In this document: positions 1 through 12,689 of the stretch, piece by piece
Position numbering within the stretch: the stretch's first letter is position 1
How the letters are laid out: each line of letters begins with the position of its first letter
From: Camelus dromedarius
Lineage: Eukaryota
Assembly: GCF_036321535.1 (NCBI RefSeq)
Contig: NC_087437.1
Location: forward strand, 19,780,001 to 19,844,000
Length of the DNA: 64,000 nt
Reading direction: 5' to 3'
The notes under the pieces: generated by a model
What the model was told of the DNA's origin: nothing
The model's input: the letters and a program-made list of their open reading frames with translations, nothing else
Database searches by the model: none
Position numbers and translations under genes: made by a program

Positions 1-417
1 CCTTTATTTCACTTCCATTAAATACATGAAAAAGCACAACAAGAGAAGTAGGCGATCATAACTTTCATTTTCTGTGTGAATTATCTGTGTGAAACTTTTA
101 AAATCTGGATCTTCCCTTTTTTCTGAGATCTCTGTTGTCATACAAATGAAAGGTAAGAGACAGCACGTCTAACGAGTGTTGACAAGGTGCTGATCACTCT
201 GATGGGCACTTTACATAATCATCTCCTTTAAGCTTCGCAGCAATGCTGCGGAGTAGCGATGGTTAACAGCATAACTGCATTGCCGATGAGATGAGGACCT
301 GGGCCCCAGAGGTTGCTGTTTGGATTCAATCCTCCCAAGTATAAAAGGTGCCTGACATACAGTGGCACTCACCAGACATTGCCCATCCCTCGGGTAGTGT
401 GTAAGAGTTGACCTCAT

Positions 418-545
418 TAGCTGGGTGACCTTGAGGAAGGTATTTAGTTAGTACTCATCTTAGAAGGCTGTTGTGATAAATGCGTTAATATACATGTGAA
501 ATGTTAAGACTGACACATAGTATGCACTCATTAAACACTAGCTAT
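418..545 (+). mobile_element. MIR SINE relic
   Basis: gctgggtgaccttg...gctgttgtga...gacacatagtatgcactcattaaa matches the MIR core and 3' end. Confidence 0.65.
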
Positions 546-587
546 AAATGAGATAATGCACAGTAAATTATAATAATCAATAATTAA

Positions 588-937
588 TACAGTATGAACT
601 TGTTGTTTATCTATTTTATATATAGTAGTTAGTACCTGCAAATCCTGAACTCCTAATTTATCCCTTCCCACCCTTTTCCCCCTCTGGTAACCACAGGTTT
701 GTTTTCTATGTCTGTGAGTCTGTTTCTTTGTTGTAAATAAATTCACTTGTCTTTTTTTTAAAGTATGAAACAAGTTCATACTGTATAGCACAGGGAACTA
801 TGTTCAATATCTTGTAGTCACTTACAATGAAAAAGAATATGAAAACGAATGTATGTACGTTCATGTATGCTGTGCATCAGAAATTGACGCAACATTGTAA
901 ACTGACTATACTTCAATAAAAATATATATATACAAAA
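588..937 (+). mobile_element. 5'-inverted (twin-primed) L1 3'UTR insertion with 13-bp TSD
   Basis: 588-760 is L1 3'UTR in antisense and 769-937 is the downstream 3'UTR in sense, ending in AATAAA and an A-rich tail. TSD AATAATTAATACA at 579-591 and 938-950. Confidence 0.9.
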
Positions 938-1369
938 AATAATTAATACAATTGTGAATAATGTTACTGAGTATTGGAATTATTGTCTCATTTTATCTGT
1001 GTCTTGATTTGTGAAACAGGGGTTGACCAAATGGAGGGAGTCAGAAAAGAGACTTTAACAGAGTGTCAGGGCCCAGAGGAGCCATGTTCCGTGGGGTCTG
1101 TAGACTGTCCCATCTCAGTGGTCATCACTGGATAATGGCAATGCCGAGTGTCTCTAAGAGCTGAGCTGTTTCCACGTGATTGCTGGGGCCTGGGAAGGGA
1201 GGGCGCTTGCTCGGCCAGAGCAGCCAAGGTTTCTCACCTTGCTCTTCCCTGACCTACGTTACCTTTCCCTTCTTCACTTTCCCATTCTGTCCCCTCTCCT
1301 TGTGCCTGGGAGACAGGAAAACCCACTCTATGAGTCTGCATCCCTCTCTGTCTTCCACGCTGATAAGAC

Positions 1370-1407
1370 AGGCATGCACTCTACCACTGAGCTACACCCT
1401 CCCCCCT
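1370..1407 (-). mobile_element. fragment (head) of tRNA-Ala-derived SINE
   Basis: Reverse complement GGGGGAGGGTGTAGCTCAGTGGTAGAGTGCATGCCT is the same head as the 48407 copy. Confidence 0.75.
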
Positions 1408-1409
1408 TA

Positions 1410-1690
1410 AAATATCTTTTAAAATTCTTTCTTACACATTCCAACTTCTGCTGCAGTCTTCCATTTTTTCATTTTGTTCCTCTTTTCTTCTCTTTTCAAC
1501 ATGTTAATCACAATTACTTTCAAGTCCTTGTCTGCTAACTCAAATATTGGGAAATTAGGTGAGTCTATTTCTATGCTATTTCTTCCCTTGATTATTGGTC
1601 AAATTTTCTGGCCTCTTCCTATGCCCTGTAATTTTTTGTTGTATGCTGGTCATTGAATATAAAAACGCTGTAGAAGCTCTAATATTATTT
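1410..1690 (-). mobile_element. ancient L1M/HAL1-type 5' (ORF1-region) fragment
   Basis: T-rich tract with aagtccttgtctgctaactc...tcttgattattggtcaaattttc...aattttttgttgtatgctgg, typical of antisense old L1M 5' regions. Confidence 0.55.
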
Positions 1691-2991
1691 TCAACCAGAG
1701 AGGGCTCCTTCTTCTTTGTGTTAGGGATGTAGGGTGAGAAAATGATGACTTCAATCTAATAAAATGTGCACACCCATGTTACACACCTACCAATGCTCAG
1801 CACCTCTTTGAGGTATCCAGAGTCAGGCAGTCTTCCTCACTGCAAGGATGAAGCTGCAGTTTCTCTTATACTTATTAATTAAACAAGTACCTTCATTAAT
1901 ATGCAGTCCTTTTGTTTATTCACATAATTAAAGACAAAGAGAGAGGTAGTCAATCAGTTGGAAGGTGGCTTCCGTAGTGTAAGCAGATGACTAATCTGGC
2001 CTTGATTTCCATTTATGACGGGTACCATCTGGAGAGCCCTCCAGGGGAGGATAGACACTGACGAGGTAGGATGTGGGAAAAGCCTGTGTAAATCCACCCC
2101 TGGCCATCTGGATCCCAACAGGGAAATCCCATCTAGCAGTCAGCACCAAGAGCCATTCACAGGGGCAGCAGGGAGGGTGAAGCTTTACAACTATTTGGGA
2201 GATCTTTCTTGACAGACTTTCTCTGAGGCTGAGGCCCTCTCAGGGTCCAAGTTTCTTGCCTTCATAGCCCTCCAGCAATTCATTAGCATAATGAAGCTTT
2301 TCATCTGGGAGTCAGGATGGAGGAAGATGTCTAAATTGGAAAAAGAAATAAATCTCTAGTCAAGAAGATCTAGTTTCTAGCCCCTTCAACTAATACAAGT
2401 AAAACTGAGTATGAAGGGCTTCTTGTAATAATTTGGTTATGACCTTTGGCCAATTCATAAAAGACCCACTGGAGTGAGTTGTGGAAGCTCGGTGGTTTTT
2501 ATTGAGTGCTGAGTGAAGTGTTGAAACCTAAAACTCTTCTCCCTTCTATATACCCCTTCTATTGGTCCATTGGAACCAGTTTGATTCACAAATAAGTATC
2601 ATTACATCTGGTTGCCTCCAACTCCTATGGCCCTTGGAGAAGGCTAAGGAAGAGAGAATGGTAACCAGGGGCTAGCCCTGGATATCACCATGACTGGGAC
2701 CCAGAACCCAAGGGTAGAGGAGCTAAGCCCTACAGACACTGCCCTGGGGATGGTGGTAGTTCTTGGCAGGGCAGCTGTGAGAAGGACTGTGTCCCATGAC
2801 TCCTCTACTTTCAGGGCGACCTCCCGCATCCCCGTGTCAGGCATGGTCTTAGTCCTAAGGCATGTGCATGAGCTGTTTTTTGTCCCCCTCCTCACTTCGG
2901 ATCCTCCCAGCTTATGTTGTGATCGTGGGTTCCCCTGATCATAGTATCTCCTGTTGGTTCTCTCCCTATGATGACCTTGGCCTTGCTGCCT

Positions 2992-3040
2992 GGTGTTAAT
3001 CCAGTTTTGGTGTTAATCTGGTTTTGGTGTTAATCCAGCC
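2992..3040. repeat. 17-bp tandem repeat x~3 (GGTGTTAATCCAGTTTT)
   Basis: ggtgttaatccagtttt ggtgttaatctggtttt ggtgttaatccagcc. Confidence 0.85.
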
Positions 3041-4227
3041 TCTGGCTGCCCAAATAGTCCGCCAGGCTCCTCGGCCTTCTCTCACCCTCTGGCCAACAGG
3101 ACTTGCACACAGAGCCTCCCTGCCTTCCTTTGTGCCTCCTTATGGCCCCAGTAAGCCTTTCAACTGGTAGCCTATTACCTGCTCATGCCTGCGCCGAGTG
3201 CTGTGCGAGGAAGTAAAACAAAATTCCTGCTGCTGAACAGCTACATTCTACCTGAGGAGACAAAGGCTTCTCAGTTCCTAACAAGATGGGACTATTTAAT
3301 GATGTGTTCAGGGGTGTGGTGCTGAGAAGTGCTAGAGGAAATCTGATGAGAGAGAAGTTAACGTAGTTTGAAGGAGGAGAAGAAGTAGATCTTGACCTAA
3401 GATGTGTGTCCCCCTGCCCCTCCACTTTTGGACTTTGGCCAATGTCATCACCAACTGGCAAGGTGTCTGACAAACAATAATGACAGAAGAAATGAAATGA
3501 TAAATAGAGATGCAGGGGTGCCAACCCCCACATGCCAGAATGGTGGTAACTCACAGCCTCTGCTGTTGACAGCTAAGTCTGAGCGATACCGTCTGTTGGA
3601 TCTAATCTAGAATTAACGATATCTAAGTTCATTCACGCTACTGCTCATATTAGCAAATTTAGGGCTCAGGAGCCAGAGTTGATATACTGATATTCAATAG
3701 AACATATACATTCTCAGAAAAGCAGCTCTCAGTTAAAATCTACGTGGAGGTTTCATGGTTTCTCAGTGGGGTTTCCAAGACTCCCTGGACGTTAATGAGA
3801 ATGTGGTATTTGTGAGCAGATAAAGAAGGCTGACCAATGGCTTGAAATCAGATTAGACATTTTTCCTGTGAGATATTTTGTTTTATTCTTTCTGAAAAAT
3901 TTCAGTTGCAGGAAAAATGCTTTTGGCCACAGAATTTATAATCATCTTCCTCCCACAAATCTAAAATAATCTTATGAAAAATTCAAAGCTTAGCTCAAAA
4001 AAAAAAAAAAAATACCAGACTTTCTTCAGTATGTGAATCGTCTCGCTAAGAAGCCTTTCCTTAGTCCTTACGCAAATGTTCATGGAAAACGTTGGTCTCC
4101 AAGAATCTTGAACCTCTGCAGGCACCATGGGATCTCCTCTAAATCTCTCTGGCTTCACAGTAGGTTGGTGTTTTCTGATCAAGCACAGTCCAGTCGACTG
4201 CCTCCTGCATTTGTGTCCCCACTACCT

Positions 4228-4390
4228 CTTACCAGGTGTGTGACACTTTATATGCTGGTAATTTTTTGTGCCTCTGTTTCCCCATTTGTCAAATGGGAAT
4301 GTTCCTAAGTAGTGATAGGTGTATTGTGAAGCTTATATATAATTTTTAAGTGTCTGGTCTACTATTGACACTCAATAAATAGTAGCTTTA
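4228..4390 (+). mobile_element. MIR SINE relic
   Basis: gtgtgtgacac...gcctctgtttccccatttgtcaaatggg...actcaataaatagtagct. Confidence 0.7.
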
Positions 4391-4391
4391 T

Positions 4392-4627
4392 CAGTAAGGA
4401 CTAGGGGGAAATGAGTGAGGTACTCAACTCAGGGCTAAAACTTAAGGGGGCACAGAGACACACACAAAACCTCAGAAATAAAAATAAATATTTTAATGCA
4501 ACATTTGAGAAAATCAAGAGTAATGCAAAAATCCATGATGAAAAAAAGATAAAATTTTAAATAAATGTGTAAGATCAGTGTCACGGACTTTTCCTGTTGG
4601 CTCCAGGATGGCTCGGCACGACACTGG
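4392..4627. mobile_element. non-autonomous hAT-type DNA transposon (MER96B-like)
   Basis: ggactaggg..gagtgagg..aaaacttaagggggca...atattttaatgca...aatccatgatgaa...atggctcggcacgacactg resembles a recalled hAT MITE consensus; subfamily uncertain. Confidence 0.6.
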
Positions 4628-7049
4628 CAGTGATCTGTAACTACACATCCTTGCCTGCCCCTGCCTTTTGATTCCTGTTTGGTTCATGGTGACGCTTCTA
4701 TGCCTTTTCACCCCCTAGGGATCTGAAAATGAAGTGGTTGAGGGGGAGGCTTGTTCATCTTGCAGGATGGTTTCCCTGAGCTGTTGGGCTTGCTGAAGAG
4801 ATAGCATTCAGGAAGACCTGGATGTGTCCAGGCCTGAGTTGGGACTGAATAGTTTGGGTGTCGGCCCGGCCAGGGGTGATTAGACAGATATGAAAATAGG
4901 ACAGAGAGGAGAGGAGAGGCAGGTGTTCTGGGAGCCGGCATAGTGAGCATAGCCCATGAGTGCTGCCCATGGGGCTGCTGGCCAGGGCTGCCATCTCAGG
5001 AGGCAGCCTTTCCCCTTCCCCCTTCCCCCTTCCGCATCACATCCCATCTCATCTCAGGTTCTTTTTGAGCGTATGGTAATCCAAGTAGAGGAGTATAGTT
5101 GAGTCCCATCATGTATGAATTCACCTCCCTCATTTATTTGTGCTTCTGGCGATTTTGTAAAAAAAGTTCACGGTTGTGAAGATGCTGACGATTTGACCTG
5201 TCCACTCTGAGCAGGTGGGCCCACGAGGGAGCAGGCCTAGGGGCAGCAGGAAGCTCATCCTGGCCTAGGATCCTGTGTACTCCCCGTGTTGTGAGACCTT
5301 GCAGTGCTGGATGTGTCCTTGGGTTTGTGCACCTGTGTGTGTGTGTGTGTTTGCACGTGTGTGCACATATGTAAGACTGTGCACCCTTGTAACTCTGTGA
5401 GTCAGATAACCACATCCTCTGGCTTTCAACAGAAGAACCAGTGACCTTGTCCAGGAGTAGAGGAAAGATGCTGGCTGGTTCTATATACCATCTGGGCAAT
5501 TTAAGGGAATTTCGGTTTATCCAACTTCTGGCTCATTTCCTCGGGCTGCCCAAAATAGACCAATCAGCCTCTTAGATCTTTCACCCTCTGCTCATCAGGA
5601 CTTGCATACAGAGCCGTACCTGCCTGGCCATCCACAATTTTCATAACACCTGCTAACTTAGAACCTAGCCATTGGGGAGATGCAATTTTTATTTGAGGCA
5701 TTCATCTGCTCACTTCTTTAACTGCCAGGAGTTACTGAATGAAACCCTTGCTCAGATATTGCGTAAGCCTCACGGATGCCAAGCCTAGTAGGATACGACC
5801 TTACCTTTAGGAGTTCATGTTCCAGTGGAGAGTGATCACGTGTAAACAGCTGGTTCTAGCATGGGGTAAATAGTGTTGGGGGCATGATTCTGTGGGGTGA
5901 TGGCCTTCTTCTTTTCCGGGTCCTTGAGTTTGCCTCACGAGTGTCCTGTGCCTCTTTAAGGGAGCAGCTATGAGTTGTCTAGCCATCCCAGGAGCTACAA
6001 CCTAGATCTTTGCAGTGGCTGGTGTACCATGCCCTTGTCACCTCGGTCCTGGGATCCTTTCCCCATGGCTAGTATTCCAAGGCTCAGCTCACTTCCTGCT
6101 CCTGCAGGATGCCTCTCCGGACAACTTCGGTCTCCTTTGAACTCCTTCTGTGCTGTGCTGAGTGAGGAGGTGCAGCTTGGTGGGTGAGGCACTCCAAGAA
6201 GTTAGTGGAGCCTGGGAGCCATGTAAGAGATAGGTAGCTTTTCTTACAGTTTATAGGGGTCCCTGGGGCTCAGAGCCCCCCTAATTGGCCAGCTCTCCAT
6301 AACACCTGCTGTCTGCTTTCTTCAAATCTGCCAGGATCAGAGCCAATGCTTTGCCTCCATCAGGACCTCCAGAGTTTCAAAGTTAACAGAATTTTCCTAA
6401 TGATATGAACAATCAGAGGATTACAATTTGGCGGCAAAAAGGACATCAGAGAGTGGGTAGTGTTACTTGCCCAGAATGTGCTATGAGGGATGGCGACAGT
6501 GTAGCTGGCTGTGATTCTGCCCAGCCACTGGCTTGGCTGTCTAAGGCCGCATTCTCCATTCTGCTAAAACATCTGGGAGAAACATGGATGATGCAATCAG
6601 TCACCTCAGAAATTGATCCAAATGGCATTTGTTTTGCAGATTTGCCCAAATATTTAGATGTTGGCTTACATAGACTTTTTTTTTTTAATGTGATTTTGTT
6701 GGCATCATACTAACGTAAGCCTGTTGACTTCGTTTTTGCATCCGTGTAAATGTTTTTCTTATTATTTAACTAATGTGCTATGTTACAGATAGCAGAATTA
6801 ATGTGAAATATGGAATGGGTTTCTGCTAAACAAATTCTAGCCATGACACTGAAGAAAGGTTTATTTCTCTCCAGTGTTTAGAGGAGGAATATTTTCTTAC
6901 CCATTATCCTTTATCCTATTATCCTGCATCTGTTATTCTATTTCTTATCTATTATCCAGCCACATTATTTTCTGTTTTCTTAAGGTCTCATTTCCTAATT
7001 ACACATCTCGATCTTAAAACTGACCTTGCCAAGTCATTGCTTGCTTTGG

Positions 7050-7500
7050 AAAGATTTCTTTTTATTCCTTTTTATTGTGCCTGTAATTCATGTTCACTGT
7101 ACAAAAAAATTAGTTCAGATAAGCAGATATAGAAAGCAATTTAAAATCACCAATAAATTCCATCACCCAGAAATAATGACTGCAAATATTTTGTTTGATG
7201 TTTATCTGTTCAGATGTATTTATTTGCCATTCATTCCATAAATATTTATTGAATTCCTTTTTTGTACTCAGTACATGAAATCTTCCTATATATATTCTTG
7301 GAGACTGACTTATTTTGTGTACATCTTTCCAAGTCAATAAATGTGTGTTTGCATTGTCTTTTTAAATATTTTTCAGTTGTAAGGCATATTGACACTTTCT
7401 GTTATTTCTAAGCTTTAATTATTATAGGCTTCTGTTGTTAGAAACATTTGCTGCAACAAAGGTCCTTATAAACATTTCTTGGCATACTTATCCGATTCTT
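7050..7500 (-). mobile_element. old L1ME-type 3' fragment
   Basis: gtaattcatgttcactgtacaaaaaaattag...ccatcacccagaaataatgactgcaaatattttg. Confidence 0.55.
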
Positions 7501-7639
7501 TTGGAAAGATTTTCATATATATTTACATCCAAATTATAAAAGAAGGCATAGAATTCCCTTCTCTCTCCCCTCTCCAACAAAAAGGCCCCAATATCCACGA
7601 GTCGCTGGTGATGAAATTACTGTCTCAGCAATGGGTTTT

Positions 7640-7928
7640 CACCTGTGCTGTCGCGCCTGCCCAGACTTTGCTTCATGAGGTTTGCATTTGTTTGTCCTTC
7701 AGTTTCAATTTAAATGTGACGTTCTCAGAAAGTCTTTTCTGACTGTCCATCAAAATGGTTTTGTATTATCCCTGCTGCCACCCCCAGCGGTGCAGACCTC
7801 TCTTGGTGTCTGCACTTCTCCTGTCCTATTAAGATCTCTGAAGACAGGCATCCTGTCTATTGGGCTCACCACTGTCTTTCTAATCAATTAGCGTGGTGCT
7901 TGGCCCATAAATGTTTGTTGAATAAGTA
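7640..7928 (+). mobile_element. L2 3' end
   Basis: ccttcagtttcaatttaaatgtgacgttctcagaaagtctttt...aagatctctgaagacagg...ataaatgtttgttgaataa. Confidence 0.75.
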
Positions 7929-8099
7929 AAAGTAACTGTCTGTGGTTGTCTAATGCTTTTCTTTGATTTTCACGCCTGTCTTTTGGGAGATTTCTGTGCT
8001 CTGCCACCAGCTGGGCAGCCTCCGTCTTACTCTGTGTTGGCGTAGAGACTCTTTTGTCTTAATTAAGATGCGAAAGTATTGATGCACATCCATGAAAAT

Positions 8100-8460
8100 T
8101 CCAGCATTGGGATGGCTTCAGGCATGGCCGGATTTGTGTGGCTGGATCTTGGGTGATGCTTCCCAGAAATTCATCTTCCCATTTCTAGGACTGGCCTTCC
8201 CATAACCTGGCCTCATTCTCTGGCAGGTGTTCTTCTGCGGAGGGTGGTGGTGCTCAGTTGCCCCAGGTGTAAATCTTGCGCTATCCTGAATATTCCATCA
8301 AACACGGACAGACGATTCTGAGTGGCCTGACTAGGGTCACCGGCCCTTCCCTGAACCAGCTGTTGTGTCCAAGGAGGTGGAGTCTTCTGGGCCCCTGGGT
8401 CCCACAGGAAACCAGAAGGAAAGACAGGAAGACGAAGTTGACTGCTAACCACTGTCCACC
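8100..8460. mobile_element. MLT1 (MaLR) LTR relic
   Basis: ggcttcaggcatggccggat...gggtcaccggcccttccctgaaccagc motifs typical of old MLT1J/K. Confidence 0.5.
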
Positions 8461-9261
8461 GCACTCTGTTGGGCGGTCCTCGGCACGTCAGACCTCCAGG
8501 GGCCTTGCTCTGTGGTTGTTGATGCTGTTCATGTAGAAAAGTGGAAAAACAATGCTGGCTTGATTGTTGTGAGGACCCGCTGAAATGATGGACATGAAAG
8601 CACTTTGGCGTTTATAAACCAATTTGGAAAAAATAAGGCTTCTTATAGTGTAGATTTGGAAACCCCTTTGTCTTTACCCCACGGTGCTGCTGTGTGGCCT
8701 GTGGGTCCCAGAGGTTATAGAGGTGTCAATGAGAGGAGTGGTCTGAGCTCAGCGAACCAGGCCCCCTCCCCACCTGCCCAGGGCCGTCTTCCCCCAGTTA
8801 GAGCGAGAGCTGCCCTGGCAGGCAGGCTGCTTCCACAGACCCTTTTGCACAAACCCAGGGACCTTCTCTGGGCTGGGGCCACAGTGCTGGTAACATGGCA
8901 GCTGATTAGGTCTCAACATTGCCAGGAATCTATAATCCCTTGATTGGAGGCAAAGTCGTGTTAGAGTCAGGTCAGTTACAGCTACTCTGTTGGCATTTTG
9001 TGGTGTTTTGGTTTTAAGAAGGGGTCTCAGCAGAGCCAGTGACAGAACACAGGGGAAGGGCTATCCTCTTCTCCAGGACATGCCTGCCTGCAACCTTGAC
9101 CTGCAGACCTCAAGCCCCCTCACCTCCATTCCTCTTTACCTCAGACCACTGACCTACCCATTGTTTGCTGTATGACTTCAGACCCACTGCTGAATTTCTC
9201 TGAACCTTGGAATCCATTCTCTGTAAAACTATCCCAATTGTGCACTTTATAATGGGGTAAT

Positions 9262-10023
9262 ACACCACATCTTCTTTATCCATCCATCAGTGGACATTTA
9301 GGTTGTTGCCATGTCTTGGCTATTGTAAATAGTGCTGCTGTGAACATTTCAGTGCAGGTATCTTTTTGAATTAGAGTTTTTGTCTTTTCCGGATATGTGC
9401 CCAGGAGTGGGATTTCTGAATCATATGGGAAGTCTAGCTTTAGTTTTCTAAGGAACCTCCATACTGTTCTCCATAGGGGCTGCACCAAGTTACATTCCCA
9501 CCAACAGTGTAGGAGGGTTCCTTTTTCTCCACACCTTCTCTCATATTTATTATTTATAGACTTTTGAATATTACTCAGCCATAAAAAAGAATGAAATAAT
9601 CCCATTTGCAGCAACATGGATGGACCTAGAGATTGTTATACTAAGTGAAGTTAAGTCAGACAGAGAGAGACAAACATACACTTATTTGTGGAATCTAAGA
9701 AAAATGATACAAATGAATTTGTTTACAAAACAGAAACAGACTCACAGACATAGAAGACAAACTTATGGTTACCAAAGGAGAAAGAGGAGGAGGAGGGATA
9801 AGTCGGGAGTTTGGAATTAGCAGATATGCACTACTATATATAAAATAGATAAACAACAAGGACCTACTGTATAGCACAGGAAACAATTCACTAGCTTTTC
9901 ATAGCCTATAATGGAAAAGAATCTGAAAAAGAAAAAAATATATATATATCTGAATCACTTTGCTGTACACCTGAAACTAACACAACATTGTAAATCAATT
10001 ATACTTCAACAACAATAAAAAAA
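9262..10023 (+). mobile_element. 5'-inverted L1 (ORF2 C-terminus antisense + 3'UTR sense)
   Basis: 9262-9565 antisense encodes the L1 ORF2 end ([28 protein letters not shown]...MFTAALFTIAKTWQQPKCP). 9566-10023 continues in sense to the polyA. Degenerate TSD aatggggtaataca / aatgagacaataca. Confidence 0.88.
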
Positions 10024-10799
10024 TGAGACAATACATGGGGATGGATGCCACCTGGCCCAGGGTTTAGCACAGAGTGTATGTTGACTTAATGCTCATTATC
10101 TCCTGGCTGGGTCCTTCCGATGAATCCCACAGTACTGTCTGGCTCTGGATGATGTGCCAGAGTGTAACCCTGGCCCTTCCTAAACCCCTGGCCACTGCTG
10201 CCCTCACATCAGGGTTCCTGCAGAAGGGCTGAGTATCTGGGGCGAGGGTGGTCTAAGTGCAGAGCCCAGAGCTCTGGTGACTGGGACTGTGGGTGTGGCT
10301 TGAGATCAGGGGCTGTGAGGGAGAGGACCCCAGCTCTAGGGCGCAGAACCATCCTAGTCAGGAGGGTGAGACCAGAGATGCCTCTGGGAAAGCTGAGGGT
10401 CATTGCGGTAAGTCAACGGAGGAAACCTGAAATGCTGCTTTTGCTGGGGATGTGCAGGAGGGCCTTGAAGACACTGCAGAGGAACGTGTGACAGGAGACA
10501 ACGAGGCTCAGCATTGCAGAAGGTGCACAAGGGAACCTAGGTGTCATGTGGCCTGTGCGTCGCCCTGCACTGAGGATGTGGCTGCCTCTCCAGTACACAG
10601 CACAGAGCCTGGCCAGAGTGAGTGCTCAAAAAGCACTTGCTTGGGAAACAATGACGAGAGACAAGAAGATGGGAAGGAGGAAGAGAGAGAAAAAACGGAG
10701 AGAGTGATTGACTGAGAAGATCTTTGGAGAGTGAGAAGTGAAGTGCAGAGAGAAGAAATAAGAATGAACTACGTGTGTTAGTGAAGATGCAACAGAAAA

Positions 10800-11235
10800 C
10801 ACAGTGCAAATCTCTCTTTCTCCCTCAGGATAAGCAATTTGGAGAGACACTGTCCGGAGCTTGAGGGACGACTTGGCCATGCCACCAGTGTCCCCGGTAT
10901 TTGCATTCTCTTCCTCCCTTTGGCTCTTGGCCAAATATTTGCTGTCCCCCGGGGCCTCAGGGCTGCCATAGCCACATCAGTGTTGGGTGGGAGGTGGGGT
11001 ACAGGGAAGCTGACAGGAGGAGGGGTAACCAGTGCATTGGTCTGTATTTTCAGGAAAGCAAAAGCTTTCTCAGAGACCCCAGCAGGTGTCTGTTTCTAAC
11101 TCATTGGACAGAATGGTGTCTCGTGACCACTTCCTGCTGTGAGAAAGGTTGGTTGTCAGCTCCTGCAGCCTCTGTGATGGGGCAAGCAAGTCAGGAGGGC
11201 TGGGGAAGGTGTAGGCTGAGTGACAACCAGTGCCC
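10800..11235. mobile_element. MLT1 (MaLR) LTR relic
   Basis: gctttctcagagaccccagcagg...ctcattggacagaatggtgtctcgtgaccacttcctgctg MLT1-type motifs. Confidence 0.6.
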
Positions 11236-12689
11236 TTGCTCCCACGGGCTTCTCCTGGGCGACTGAATGGCTGCAGGCTGGGTGGTTAGGAGACAGGAGG
11301 CACTTTAGAGGGAAACTGATGAGCCCGAAATTCCAAGGTGCCTCTGGATACAAGCAGAGCTGGCACTGGGAATGCAGCCTGGAGTTAGAACCAGAGATGG
11401 GGACGTGGAGGTGCCTGTCACAACCTCACAGGGATGGGTGAATGTGGCAGGAGGGAGAAAATCCAGGGGACTGTCACGGCAGCACAGCCTGGTGGAGGCC
11501 CAGGGAGCAGGGCCTGCCCAGTGTATGGACAGTCCAGGTGCGGCTGTAGAAGGGGAGCTGCCTCAGTAGAGCATACTGGGGAGTCAGGAGGTAAACCACA
11601 GCCTTGCTGGGAATTGATGAATCTAATTCTGGGTGAGGGAGAACACTGGAAGGGGCTGCAGCTCCGGGGCCCTGAGGCTGAGGGCAGAGTCCGCAGGCTG
11701 TGCTGTCTGTGGACCCAGCCCATGGGAGCTGCTGAGGTGCTGGGAAAAGGCAGCAGAGTTCCAGTGGCTTTGAACGAGGGCCTCACTACTTCTCCCAGCT
11801 CTTTGTTGTGGCTCACAAGGATCTGGAGGGCGTCGCCAAGTGTGGGAATAGAAAGAAGTACGTGGAAGCGGGTGGGAGATATGGAAGCAAGGGGTTTGGG
11901 TGCCAGCAACTGAAATGTCTTTTTTTTTTTCCTGAAGCTTTTGCCACCCAAATGTGTATAAACTGCATCTATGAGCACACTGCGGTACGTGACAGACAAT
12001 GATGCTTGGGCCTAAAGTTTTAATTTCAGAAAATTTAATTGCAAAGCACTAAAAATAATCGGAAACATAAATAGCAGAGCAGACCTGTCATCATCACCAA
12101 ACTCAAAACTGTAACTGGAAAGAGTATGAGATGCTGTCCAAAGTGGACCAGTTGGAGAAGTAAGCTGAGTCTTCCAGATGTCCCCAGCCTGTGCTGCAGG
12201 TGGGCGGGCAGGTCCATGTGTACCTGGAATCCCTGAATCACTGTAGCCCGAGCCTCCTTCCAGATGCCTGGCCGGAGCGCAGCCTGGGCCAGGTCTTCTT
12301 CCCCACGTATTTCTGCAGCTCTGGGGATGCAGATATTTATACCCGCCAGTGCTGGTCACCCCTCGCTTCCTCTGCCAGCCTCCAGGACCAGCCAAGCACT
12401 CTGCACTTTTGCTGAGTGGAGAGCTGCTTCCTTTTCTCTGCTGTTCTGTCCCTGGTGCCCTTTCCCATCCCACATGGTGCCCTCCTGTATCATCAGGCAT
12501 CGTCAGGGTGGGGCTATGATTGGGTCAGTTCTATCTGGGGCAAGGTTGGTGGTGAGACTTGGTAAACTGACCCAAGAAAGCCACACTCGGAGAGGGGCCT
12601 GTGCGGGGCGGGGTAGGGGTGGGGAGCAGGTGGCCCTTTGGGGATCCAGGGGGTAGGGTGGCAGCATTGAGGGCCTGTGATGGGAGGGA

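Noticed and set aside
2992..3040. CRISPR-like repeat array
   Set aside because: Head-to-tail minisatellite with no spacers, in eukaryotic DNA with no cas genes.
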